64,000 nt of DNA from assembly GCA_010015585.1 (NCBI GenBank), contig ML975179.1; one strand, 5' to 3'. The stretch comes from Eremomyces bilateralis CBS 781.70 (taxonomy: Eukaryota). Below, piece by piece: positions 38,424-49,318 of the stretch. A model generated the notes under the pieces. The model saw only the letters and a program-made list of their open reading frames with translations, made no database searches and had not been told where the DNA came from. Position 1 is the stretch's first letter; each line of letters starts with the position of its first letter. A program made the translations under genes and the position numbers.

Positions 38424-39975
38424 AGCATCGTTCCTGCTACCCAAACTCCTGGTGGCTGTGGCCTTCACAATCGTCGACTTCGGTTTCCTACGGCACCTCC
38501 TCTGACGACCCCTTGTTGTCTTTGTTCGTGACTTTCTATTCCTCTCCAGCAAAACACCGAACAAGTAGTTGAGCACTGACTGTTTGGTGACGGATTTGCC
38601 TCCTCGCCGCCGTCCATTCTTCCCTTCCGGCTCTCGTTGACACTTGACAAGCCAGTCACCCACCCACTTTTCCTTGTTCCCTCCACCACACAGACCCTCC
38701 CGCCTCCCGGGTGGCACTGCTGCCTCCGACCAGCGACTCATCGAGACCCGTCTCATCTTGGCCCTGCCAGTCACCCTCTCTTCAGTCTTCAGTCTTTAGT
38801 TTTCCACCAGGCTACCGTGTACGAATTTCGTTTCTAACCAATCTCCACTCATCCTTTGGGGTTCATATATGTTGTTCTGCATTTCCAAAAGAACGGCGTT
38901 TTGAGGCTCTTCGTTTCAATCTCCAACCCAAGCAACCTCCTCCGTAACCCGTCCGTCCCTGCCACCTGTTGCAACGCGACTCCTCACCTCCACAACACAC
39001 GCCTCGTCCGATTGCGTCCCCCAAAATCTATCGATCCCCTTCACCCATCGAACCTTAATACGACCCTGCTTCTAGACTATCATCCGTTATTCTATGCAGC
39101 CTACGAACCCCTCGACTTCGAACCACCGATTCCTTTGATTGACTTGGCTGCTGCACTCACCGTGGCCACCGTCATCTAGGAAACCCCTCCCCGTCGCAAG
39201 TCGCCCCAACATCATCACGATGCTTCTCATGTCGTTCGAAGTGTCCCCAGTCACCCGTCGCTCAGGTTTCGCCCCCGGTTACTCGAACAAGGATTCCACC
39301 GCCCGCGCTTTGCAGAAGGTTTGAGACTGCTCCGACGACGACTGCTGTTCGTCCACGAGCTCCGACCGACCTCTCTGTAACCCGCGAACGGCTTTGTCAA
39401 TTCGGTTTCTCTTGTTCCGGCGATCCTGTAGCAGACGGGTGCTGGAGGAACACTTGTGGTCGAAAGAACGCGATTGTGGACTTAACGCCCACAGCTGATT
39501 TCGTTCGCCACCGCTTCATCCCGCCGTTTACACAACACGTCAACCCCATATCCACGACTCTCCATTCACTGGGAGGCGTCAATTTGACTCTGACTCGGTC
39601 AGTATCCGTTCATTCTTCCCGCTGTGCGCTTTCTTTGGATCTGCATTCGTGCGGTTAAAGGAGAGCGACTCTGGGGATTGGAACAGAAATTAGTCACAGC
39701 ACGACGCACTCACCAGATTCATCACGAGACGATCCATTTCTCCATCCGTCGTATGCGAGAATAGTGGTGTGGTCTGCCATCACGGTTTTTCTTCACAACG
39801 TACATCACCCCACAACCTGACGACCATAACAACCCCGGTCGATTCAGGTACACACCACCCATACTCGGACTTCACCGCGCAGTACTGCAACGCAGCACAT
39901 CGTGGTCTATAATCTGTTCTAAACTTCCGGTTTCAGAACAAAATCGTTTAGACTTTTGTCTATCATTCAGACTCA

Positions 39976-42306
39976 ATGGTTCTGAACATGCACATCACAT
40001 ATCCAGATTCAGTCGGGTTGTCCTCGGCATATCCCTACGAACCCTCCCTTAGTTCGTCCGCGTCTTCCTCCTCATCATCCGTCTTTTCTGTCGGTGCAGC
40101 ATCGTCGCAATGTTCGGTCGCGACGGATTCTTCTTCGCTGTCGGGGTACTCGGGTTCTGATTCGGGGGATTGGAGGGCTGCATCGCGATGTTCGACCAGT
40201 CAGGAGGTCCTTGCGCGACGTGCACTTCCTCCAATCTCAAGCTGTGTCCCCCCTGCCATCCCATTGGAACAACGCCAGAACCCCCGGCGATCCTCCTGCT
40301 CTGCCGGCCAGCGGCCTCCAACCCTGGTCCGACAGTGCGAGAGAAAAGTACAGTTTGTTGATGGACTTGTTGGTAAGAGTTGTTTTCATCCGTTTCCCTT
40401 TCCGCATTCGCTAAGCATTTTTTTCTGGTTTAAAGAAGCTGCAACACAGATGGTCGAGGTGATCTGGCCATTATCAGTCCCTAGCATCCGTCCCGATGCA
40501 TTGACGGGGAGATCCATTCTACCCCTGCGCACATTCATTCAGGAGACTCTCCGAAGATCGCGCACCAGCTTTTCCACGCTGCAGGTCGCACTTTACTACC
40601 TCGTGCTCATCAAATCCCATGTTCCGAACCATGATTTTACGATGGAACAGCCATGTGACATGCTGTCGATTCGCGCTCTTCAGTGTGGTCGACGCATGTT
40701 TCTGGCCGCGCTGATCCTTGCATCGAAATACTTGCAAGATCGCAATTACTCCGCACGCGCCTGGAGCAAGATCTCCGGCCTGAAGGTATGCGAAATCAAC
40801 ATCAACGAGATGGCATTCCTGGATGCGGTCAAATGGAAGTTACACGTTCCACAATCAACATTCGACCAATGGCAGGATCTCATCATGCGATATACCCCTT
40901 CGCAACCTCCAAGCCCGGGCGTCCCCCCACTAGCGTCATGCGCTCAGTTGAGCCAGTGGCGGGCCATCATTCCGTGCCTGACTCCAGAGCTCAATACGGT
41001 GGATCTTTTGGGACCAGGGCTTCCGCTACAGCTGCAAATCCCCGAGCGGGTACGTACATGGCCACTTGCGTCGCCCACCTCCCCTCTCCCAATCCCACAG
41101 CCACGGGAATTCGTCCCAACGCCACGGGCCAGCATCACTCCGAGTCGCGTCAACCCTCCCCGCTTCTTGGAGCCGCCGGCAACCGCTCTTCCGCCGACGC
41201 CGTCCGTCCCGCGCTTCGCTCCTCTTCCCACACCCCAGATGACCCCGCAGACCGCATCGTGTACTCCTGCAGTGAGTCTCGCGCAGTTCTCGCTGGGTTG
41301 CCGGAGATCGAGCATGCAAGCTGCCATCGGGCTCGCGAACAGCTGTGGCATGTCGCGGTTCAACAACGAAGCATTCCCAGGGCGCCTGCATTCCAACACC
41401 GGTGCGTTCCCAGGAGGTCTGGATATGCTTCCACCACGCCGCTCGAGCATGGTGTCGAGGAGCTCGTCTCCTGAGAGCATGGTCTCGGACAATTCCACGT
41501 CCTCTCGAAGCTCCAGGGCCAGCTCCATCAGCTCGGCTAGCTCCTGCGCAAGCAACCCGACCATGCGGCTCTGCCGCGTCGCGGCCCTTCGCTCTGCGAC
41601 TTCTTGTCCCCTGAAGCCCGCCGGCCTCGGCACGTTTGCCGACCGTGTTACCATTAAAGAACACGATTCCGAACCCCCCTACTACTCATCCGGTGCGGAT
41701 GACACATCAAGCCTCGATGGTGCCACCCCTGTCCCTCTCGACCTCCCTGTTGACGCACCGGACTTCTCAGGCTTCCACATCGGCGGCACCAGCTCCAGCA
41801 ACAAGACCCCGATCCCCTACCGCACCAAACTCTACGCCACCCCCATCCACGAGCACACTCCACCCGCTACCTTTACACCCACTAAATCCTCCACCCGCAA
41901 GCGCGGCCGCAGCTCCGCCGACCTCTCCTCCCTCCAACACAACGTCCGCAGCCTCCTCCAAGCTGCCGCGGACCGCGACGAGCGCCGCTCCCGCCGCGAA
42001 AGCATCTCGCCCAGCTCGACCTCCACGACCCGCAGCGCGTCGCGCGGCTTCCCCGAGGTCATTACCGACTCGTGCCTGGCGTCCAGCTTCCTGCTGTCGC
42101 CAACCCGCTGCGTCGCGACGCCGAAAGCGTCGTCGACCTCATCGGCGCTGACGTGCGATCTGCTGACGCCGAGTCCGCTGACGCGACCGATGCGGTCGCC
42201 GAGGAGTGGGGGGTGGAGCGGGCAGCGGAAGAGGACGTGTATTGGGCGGGAGGCGGCGGGTTATGTGAGCGTGGACGGTGGCGTGGGGATGTGGGATGGG
42301 CAGTAA
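39976..42306 (+). CDS. Pho85-type cyclin (Pcl5/Clg1-like); probable intron 40373-40435
   Basis: 'LVRQCERKVQFVDGLV', cyclin box 'LPLRTFIQETLRRSRTSFSTLQVALYY', 'CGRRMFLAALILASKYLQDRNYSARAWSKISGL...EININEMAFL', long S/P-rich tail. Confidence 0.92.
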   Translation: MVLNMHITYPDSVGLSSAYPYEPSLSSSASSSSSSVFSVGAASSQCSVATDSSSLSGYSGSDSGDWRAASRCSTSQEVLARRALPPISSCVPPAIPLEQRQNPRRSSCSAGQRPPTLVRQCERKVQFVDGLVGKSCFHPFPFPHSLSIFFWFKEAATQMVEVIWPLSVPSIRPDALTGRSILPLRTFIQETLRRSRTSFSTLQVALYYLVLIKSHVPNHDFTMEQPCDMLSIRALQCGRRMFLAALILASKYLQDRNYSARAWSKISGLKVCEININEMAFLDAVKWKLHVPQSTFDQWQDLIMRYTPSQPPSPGVPPLASCAQLSQWRAIIPCLTPELNTVDLLGPGLPLQLQIPERVRTWPLASPTSPLPIPQPREFVPTPRASITPSRVNPPRFLEPPATALPPTPSVPRFAPLPTPQMTPQTASCTPAVSLAQFSLGCRRSSMQAAIGLANSCGMSRFNNEAFPGRLHSNTGAFPGGLDMLPPRRSSMVSRSSSPESMVSDNSTSSRSSRASSISSASSCASNPTMRLCRVAALRSATSCPLKPAGLGTFADRVTIKEHDSEPPYYSSGADDTSSLDGATPVPLDLPVDAPDFSGFHIGGTSSSNKTPIPYRTKLYATPIHEHTPPATFTPTKSSTRKRGRSSADLSSLQHNVRSLLQAAADRDERRSRRESISPSSTSTTRSASRGFPEVITDSCLASSFLLSPTRCVATPKASSTSSALTCDLLTPSPLTRPMRSPRSGGWSGQRKRTCIGREAAGYVSVDGGVGMWDGQ

Positions 42307-45105
42307 TTCCATCACCACCGTACGTCTACCAACATTGATCGCTTTTGCGCGAATTATTCAGGGGAGCGATGTCGGATGGTGTCCTTGTAAATTCCTCACA
42401 CCCCACCCTCCAACCCTTTTTCTTTCCCTCTCCTACCATACCTAGTCATACCCTCTCTATTCCCGCGCATGTGTGGTCGCTGAACGGGGCGTGGCCGAAA
42501 CGGAAATCGGAGCGGGATGGAGTCATACCGGAGTTTAATCACCTGTCTTTCATTTGGGTTCCTTCCTCTGTTCCACTTTCGTTTTTTCATCGCGCTGCGC
42601 TTTTTCGAGGATGCGGGAGACGTGTTTTGTAGCCGAACCACGGTGGCGGTGGGGTCGGCGGTGGCGGTGGTGGATGTGTGGGCGGTAGCGGCACGTGTAC
42701 GACGAGACAGTACTTATACCATCCCCCAACCTCTCCTTATCGTACCTCGCAAAGGGGTTACGATTCCGTTGCAGCCATTTGGCGCATGGGATCGGCCCTT
42801 ACCTTAGATACTCCTGTGTCCATTTTCGAATGGATGCGTCTGACCGATAGTAAGTAGTGTAGTGTAGGTTTTGAGAATCGAAGTCTTCGATGAGTTAAGA
42901 AAGTGAGGACGATCAACTTGACATTGTTTGGTGAAGATCTGTAATATCGTTTTTCTTCGTTCTTGGGCTGCTTAGTGATGTATGCGAATCATACCTGTAA
43001 TGCCAGATGGGAGATGGGCACTTCGTCTTGTGTAAGGTACCGGTATCAACCTGGATCACAGACAGTCGTGGAATTTGGTAGACTACCGTCAAGTGAACCA
43101 GAAATCGACCTCAGTCATATTGACGACACATGCAGTCGACACTTCAGGAGAACCTGTCCTGCAGCATCCCCCTTTTCCTCAACACCTGTACCTAAGCCTA
43201 CCTGATGCATAACAGGCGCCATTATGGCCATCTGGCGTTTATTTTTATCGACCCGAACGGATCACAAATCACAACAGTGAACAGTGGAGCGGGCGCGTTT
43301 AGCTAGCAGGCTACAACGGTATTGTACGGAGTACGGTCGCCCCTTTAATCCTCCTAGGGCTCGATCAATCCGAAGAAACCTTGGAATATGTCGGCTTGAT
43401 ATAACGTACGGGTATGACAGAAGATGAAAGGGGATTGATATCGCTATATCACGCCAGTCATTGCTACACAGCTCGTGGATCTTTAAAGTTCGTTGCTTCA
43501 TCCGCAAGTCGTCCATGTCTTATTTCGGTACGGTTTGCATGAGCGCTACCCTCTCTCCTTAAAACTGTACCTCTATGTCGAAGCCTCGTCTATCGCGTAT
43601 TATACCACGCGCACGGTACGTACCGTCCTCTTCCCCCATCGCCCAATCTGGTAACCCTGCCCCGTTCCGTCTCTCACCTCCCTAGCGAATCGGCTGCGCT
43701 TACCACCGCGGTTTCGGGTGTCACCAGACAGACATCATATGCCGCGGATAGATTAAAGCATCCACCGGGGTCGACGGGGAGATGGGATCAGAAAGTTCGG
43801 TGATGGGATCTAGGCGCGATGGAGAGATTGAGGGAGTGCGCTGGATGGTTCGGGAGAATGAGCTCGGCGCAATGAACGACGCGGAAAGGAGCACTCCTCT
43901 CCTGGATGGCTCGTTATTCCGTAAGTTGTTAATATGGTATTCGTTCGTGCTTCGGAGGCGTCAAATAATGCGGAACATCAAACATAGCACGTCTCCACTC
44001 GGTCGCAGCGCTTCTCTGTCTTCAATCTTTCATGACGTTGTCTCCTTGTTCCCTGCAATCCGATGTCTCCCTTGAGTCCCTACGTACGGCCTAGGCAATT
44101 GTGCAGCCCATTTCCTAACTAGTTGGCTAAAGTAGTAGTTCCCTGCAGCCGCTCCACATGCGAGGAATAATCTGGATGTCTCGCATCCGCCCTGTCAATT
44201 GCATTTCGGAACCTCGTCTGATTGTCTCGGTCGTGAGAAGCGTAGTGAGATCTTCCGGTCGGCAAGGGAGTAATGGAGGAGGGGGAACCAAGAAAAAGAA
44301 ATTAGAAATGAGAACATCTGAATCTTCACACCACGAGTCGAACCACGAGTCAAGCCAAACCGAATCCCTTTTATCCCTCTTCTGGACCGGTGTCGCGTTG
44401 ACTTCCTCTACCTTCACGCCATCCCTCTCTCGCTCGATTGGCGCACGAGAACCACAAGATCGATTTGTATCACCACCGACTCCTATCGCTTTCGGTGCGG
44501 TTTAAGAGTCCGTCCGCCTGGATCGTCGACGCCCAACTTCCGGGTTCCATTTACTCTCACGCCGCCCATCTCGTCCTCCAGTCGAAACGGCCCACGCTTC
44601 GCGAATCGAGCCCGCTGATTTTGATCCAATGATATAACGCGGTGCGAGAAAACGAAAGGAACGTCAAAAGCGTTGAGACTTGCGACCGTCCCCTCCACCA
44701 CCATCGTTGCGATTGAACAATTGTCCCGAAAATGCGAACGACTTCCTACCGCTTCGAAGTTCGATATCTCAACGCTCGGCAACGAACCACTTACAAACAT
44801 TGACAAAGAACGACGACACTCCAATCGTGGAGAAGCGCGGGACGAAATCATGCTTGGTCTTCAATTGTTGGCAGCATCGCAAAGTGCATCAGACATTCTA
44901 CCCATTGTCAGTGGGATTCAATTGACACGAACAAGGTGTTCAACACGGCATCGAAATCCACCTATACGCTCTTCGACTACCGCATAAAAAGGGAACTCCG
45001 CTCACCTCCGCGGCTCCTGCCCCAACTCTTCTCATCCTCGTAGTCCGCACGCCCACCTCCACCTCCATCCACACGACCACCACCACCCCCTCCCCTCCCC
45101 TCTCC

Positions 45106-45555
45106 ATGTCCACCGCCAACTCCGTCAACGACACCCAACTCGGCCTCAGCACCCACGAAGTCCAACTCCTCCGCTACCACCAAACCGCCGCCCTCCAACA
45201 GTCCGCCCCCCAATCCACCTCCTCCCGCGCCGCCTCCGCCGCCTCCTCGCAGGGTCGCCTCCTCCTCGACCCTTCCTCCCTCGCCGCCCTCTCCGCCCAC
45301 CTCGACCGCGTCATCCACGAGATTCAGCGCCGCTGGGCCGCCCTGCACGCGCAGACCCAGCAGGCCACGCAGCTGCAATACGACCGCGCGGGCAACGTCG
45401 TCGGCGACGCGGACGCCGCCATCGAGCAGTTTCAGCAGCTGTGCGACCAGATCGAGGAGCTGCAGATGGAGTTTGAGAAGATCAAGCGGATCGGGGAGAT
45501 CGTGAAGGGGTATCGGGCGAGGGTGGAGGCGTTGGATAGGAGGGTGGGGAGGTAA
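45106..45555 (+). CDS. CNL1: BLOC-1 complex subunit CNL1
   Basis: 'QLGLSTHEVQLLR', 'SSRAASAASSQGRLLLDP', 'YDRAGNVV', C-terminal coiled coil. Confidence 0.82.
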   Translation: MSTANSVNDTQLGLSTHEVQLLRYHQTAALQQSAPQSTSSRAASAASSQGRLLLDPSSLAALSAHLDRVIHEIQRRWAALHAQTQQATQLQYDRAGNVVGDADAAIEQFQQLCDQIEELQMEFEKIKRIGEIVKGYRARVEALDRRVGR

Positions 45556-46867
45556 GCGGGGATGTGGCACTGGGTGTCCATTCCCTCACGTTCCCTTAAT
45601 CCTGATACCCAGAGGAAAATATGCTAAAGAAAGAGGGGTTGAGATGGATTTAAGACGGGTGCCTCGCAGCAAACAAGACAGTTCAACGGCGCGAGCCGAA
45701 GATTTCAACCATATCGATATTTGTTCTTCGTTCGGACTGGAGCCGAGGTCTCTTGTCTGGCGTCACTTATTCTTTTTGAATTTTTTTCCTTCTACTCCGT
45801 CTTGGTTATCATTATATTCTTGCCTCACGGCCAATGATTATGACTTTGGACACTCAAGTCTCGCACAACAGAGCGGTACTCCACGAGCAAGCCCCTGAGG
45901 GCTGCGGCTCATGGCGTCCTACAAAAACAAAGATCGGTTCGCCTCACGGCACGGATGGAAAGGCGGCTTCTGTTTTGCAATGTCTTATCTTACTATTTCT
46001 CTTCCCGTTTAAAGAGCCTGTTAGCTAAAGCTGTGATGTTTGAGATGGGATATGCCTCGCGGCACCGCACATTTTATTGGTGTGTATAGCTTGAATTGAA
46101 TTGAGTGGAGGCTCTAATGCCTATCAATTTATACCCCCTTCCTATCCAAGTCCTCTCTCATGGCAAAGTCAAAGGCTAAGCTGGTGACTATCATGACCGG
46201 AGTTAAGGAACCTCTGAAAATCCGATGAACTTTACTATATCACCGAAACGTCATTTGGTGCCCTGCTCTTTTATCTAGCTCATTACTCCCTGATCCCTCC
46301 ATACATCCAGAATTGGTAGAAGGTGCACCGCATTAGGCTACTTTGCCATTCGCCAGGACTTTCTTATTCTTCTCGTCATCTATATCAACTTAGCTCATCA
46401 ACGGTTCCATTCAGGGGGTGTAATCACGGAAACTATTGAGACTGTTGAAAGGCGACTGATATCGGAGAACACCGAGTCGGCAGTCGCATGTCAGATCAGT
46501 CAGCACTGCGCACTCAAACACTTGACTGAACTTGGTTTGAAAATGGTTGGGTTGGCTTGTGAATTTCTCCATGAAGAAAAGGTGCACCGCAATTGATTGA
46601 GTACCAATGACACTGGAGCGACTTTTGCAGACCAGATTTGACCAGAGGGCCTCAGGGCGCGGCAGACCCTTGCACGTGCCTATTTCATGCACATCGCTGT
46701 GATGAGGCAAATTTACTTGCCGTTTATAGAAATATATCATAATTGAGGACGAACTCTTGTTTAGCTAGTCCTCATAGCGAAGTACGTACTCCGTATTTCG
46801 TGCTCAGCATTTACGTATTGCCTGTCTGTGACTCGGGGATATCGGTCTAGCACAACTGGACGAACAG

Positions 46868-47053
46868 TATTGCCTGAATCGGACATGCCAAGCCCAGCCT
46901 GGACAATGGTTGCTCGCTATGTCCGAAACTTCCCATGGTTTTCGAAGAGCTTGGGAGTATTATTGCTTGAATCGGACCTGGCATGCCCGGCCTTGACAAT
47001 GGTTGCTCGCTATGTCCGGAACACCCCATGGTTTTCGAAGAGCTTGAGAGTAT
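46868..47053. repeat. Tandem direct repeat, 2 x 93 bp (10 mismatches by manual alignment), upstream of the SDR gene
   Basis: Units start TATTGC at 46868 and 46961 and share 'GACAATGGTTGCTCGCTATGTCCG' and 'CCCATGGTTTTCGAAGAGCTTG'. Confidence 0.95.
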
Positions 47054-47336
47054 AATTGCAGATAGTCACTCAAACTTACGGTATACTAGTGGAAATGGTC
47101 TATGTAAATGAGATCACACGGGTCAAACACCAAAGGGATCGTCAAAGTAGTCGTGGAAAAGGGCTAGGGACTATACGATGGCCTTTCTCCAATTTAGGTG
47201 CTTTCATGAAATGGAAAGGTATAAATTTAAAATACCTGATGGAAACCCCAAGCACTATTGGGACTTGACATCTAACTGAATCCTCTCTCACATTGTCTCA
47301 GCTCACTTACTGAAACCTCGCCTTCCCACCATTACA

Positions 47337-48230
47337 ATGACCGACTACATGTCCAAACTCCTTTCCTTCACTCCAACGTACCACACGGACACCTATCCCG
47401 CCATCGACCCCCTATCCGGCCCCACACTCACCAACCGCACCATCCTCATCACCGGTGCCTCCAAGGGCATCGGCCGCGCCACCGCCATCAGCTATGCCCG
47501 TGCCGGCGCCTCGAACATCATCATCGGCGCCCGATCCCCGCTGGACGCGGTGAAAGCGGAGGTGCTCGCGGCGGCGAAGAAGGAGAATCGGGACGCCCCA
47601 AATGTCCTGGCACTGTATTTGGACGTGGCGAGCGAGGAAAGCGTCCAGAAGATGGTCGCCCAGGTGGAAGCGCAGTTCGGAGAGGTTGACGTGCTCATCA
47701 ACAACGCGGGGTATCTCGAGAAGTGGGTGAACGTGGGCGACACGAACATGGATGCCAAGGAGTGGTGGAAGTCGTGGGAAGTGAACATCCTGGGAACCTA
47801 TCTCTGCACGAAGTTCGTGCTGCCCCTGCTCTTGAAGAAAAAGGGCGGGTTGAAGTTCGTGATGAATATGAGCAGCATTGGCGCAACGTTCCTTGCTGAG
47901 GGCTCGACGGCATACCAAACGGCGAAGTTGGCCGTGATGGGCTTCACGGAACGGCTGACGAAAGAGTATGAGAGCGAGGGCCTGGTGGCTGTGGCGGTCC
48001 ACCCAGGCGGAGTCTCAACGGAACTTGCACGGAATATGCCAGACAAATGGCATTCTCTCTTAAACTCCGCGGTAGAACTGCCGGCAAACACTCTCGTGTG
48101 GTTGGTGAGGGGGAAGAGGGACTGGATGAACGGAAGATATATCAGTGTGGAATGGGATATGGCGGAACTGGAGGGCATGAAGGACGAAATTGTTGCGAAA
48201 GATCTCTTGAAGGCAAAGCTGACGATGTAA
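47337..48230 (+). CDS. Short-chain dehydrogenase/reductase (classical SDR), intronless
   Basis: 'TGASKGIG', 'NNAG', catalytic 'YQTAK' (YxxxK), 'VHPGGVST'. Confidence 0.95.
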   Translation: MTDYMSKLLSFTPTYHTDTYPAIDPLSGPTLTNRTILITGASKGIGRATAISYARAGASNIIIGARSPLDAVKAEVLAAAKKENRDAPNVLALYLDVASEESVQKMVAQVEAQFGEVDVLINNAGYLEKWVNVGDTNMDAKEWWKSWEVNILGTYLCTKFVLPLLLKKKGGLKFVMNMSSIGATFLAEGSTAYQTAKLAVMGFTERLTKEYESEGLVAVAVHPGGVSTELARNMPDKWHSLLNSAVELPANTLVWLVRGKRDWMNGRYISVEWDMAELEGMKDEIVAKDLLKAKLTM

Positions 48231-48452
48231 ATAAACGCACATCTGAATATAGACTTTGAAGCTGGAATATATGACCGCGAAATTTCGGCAAAGGATCTCT
48301 TGAAGGCAAAGCTGATGATGTAAATAAACGCACATCCGAGTATTAGACTTTGAAGCTGGAACATATGACTAGTGACGTCTTGGCAAAGGATATCTAGGGT
48401 GAAGGTCAATGTACATCAATGGCATATCTGATCACATTGGACTTGGAAGCTG
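48186..48452 (+). repeat. Tandem triplication (~93-95 bp unit) of the SDR 3' end, stop codon and AATAAA region
   Basis: 'GATCTCTTGAAGGCAAAGCTGA(C/T)GATGTAAATAAACGCACATC' at 48201 and 48294; a diverged third copy at 48382-48452 (GGCAAAGGATATCT...ATGTACATCAATGGCATATCTGA...GACTTGGAAGCTG). Confidence 0.93.
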
Positions 48453-48551
48453 TCGGAAAAGGATTTCTGAATCGTCTAGTTGGCGCTTATATACACATTC
48501 GTCGAACAGAGGAAAGGGATCGATCTGCTATTGAGTCTATCCGCGATAGAT

Positions 48552-49318
48552 TTAGAGAAGCGCCAAATCACCGAATTTCTCCTGAGCGGGTGTTAGCGGT
48601 CTGATTCTGCTTGAATTAGACACAGGATTGACATACCTTGTAGCCCGGAACCTGCCATTGTCCCTTGGAGACAAGTTGTTCTGTTCGCTTGTCGATATCG
48701 GGTCGGGCGGCAGCGACTTCCTCCTGCAGTTTCACATCATATCAGCAACCATTCGTCGTCCCAAGAAGCACCGAACCCTCGACACAGCACGTAGAGTACT
48801 GTCGACAGGAGGTAGCGTGGATAATATACGCACCACAGTGAGATCGTCAAACGGCCTAGCCTCCTCAATATTCCTCAACGTCTTCTCCAAATCCTTCAAC
48901 TCCGCATCTACCACCGTCTTCGTCTCCTCAGCACTCTTCACCGCCTGTGCCTCAAATGCATCGATGGCCTTCAGTTGCCGCTGCACATCGTACGTCGCCG
49001 GCTTGAAGTCCTTGAAGCGCCGTTCGATCTCGTCGACCACGGCGGTGTTCTTCAGCGAAGAGCGGAAGTGGGCGAAGTCGACCGACTGCGGCAGCTCCGA
49101 GAGCATCTGGACCTTGCGGCGTGCGTCATCGTTGCGCTTCTTGAAGGATGCGAGGGCGTTCGCGGTGTTGCCTCGTAGGCCGAGCTGGGTCCCGAGTCGG
49201 GTCCAATCGAGCTTGAGGGTGGCGCTACGCTGCAATTGACGGCCAAGTTAGCGTCGATCACACGATATCTTGGGCTAATGGGTTATTGGAGATGGGGAGA
49301 ACGTACTCCTACCGCCAT
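48552..49318 (-). CDS. ATP7: Mitochondrial ATP synthase subunit d; exons 49318-49307, 49229-48834, 48723-48637, 48581-48552
   Basis: 'RSATLKLDW', '[11 protein letters not shown]', '[13 protein letters not shown]', '[15 protein letters not shown]'. Confidence 0.95.

Noticed and set aside
43613..43626. Perfect 14-bp palindrome ACGGTACGTACCGT
   Set aside because: About four palindromes of this size are expected by chance in 64 kb.
46868..47053. Repeat as a CRISPR array or a 31-aa coding repeat
   Set aside because: Contiguous units with no spacers, no cas genes, eukaryotic context; the overlapping ORF has no convincing start or motif.
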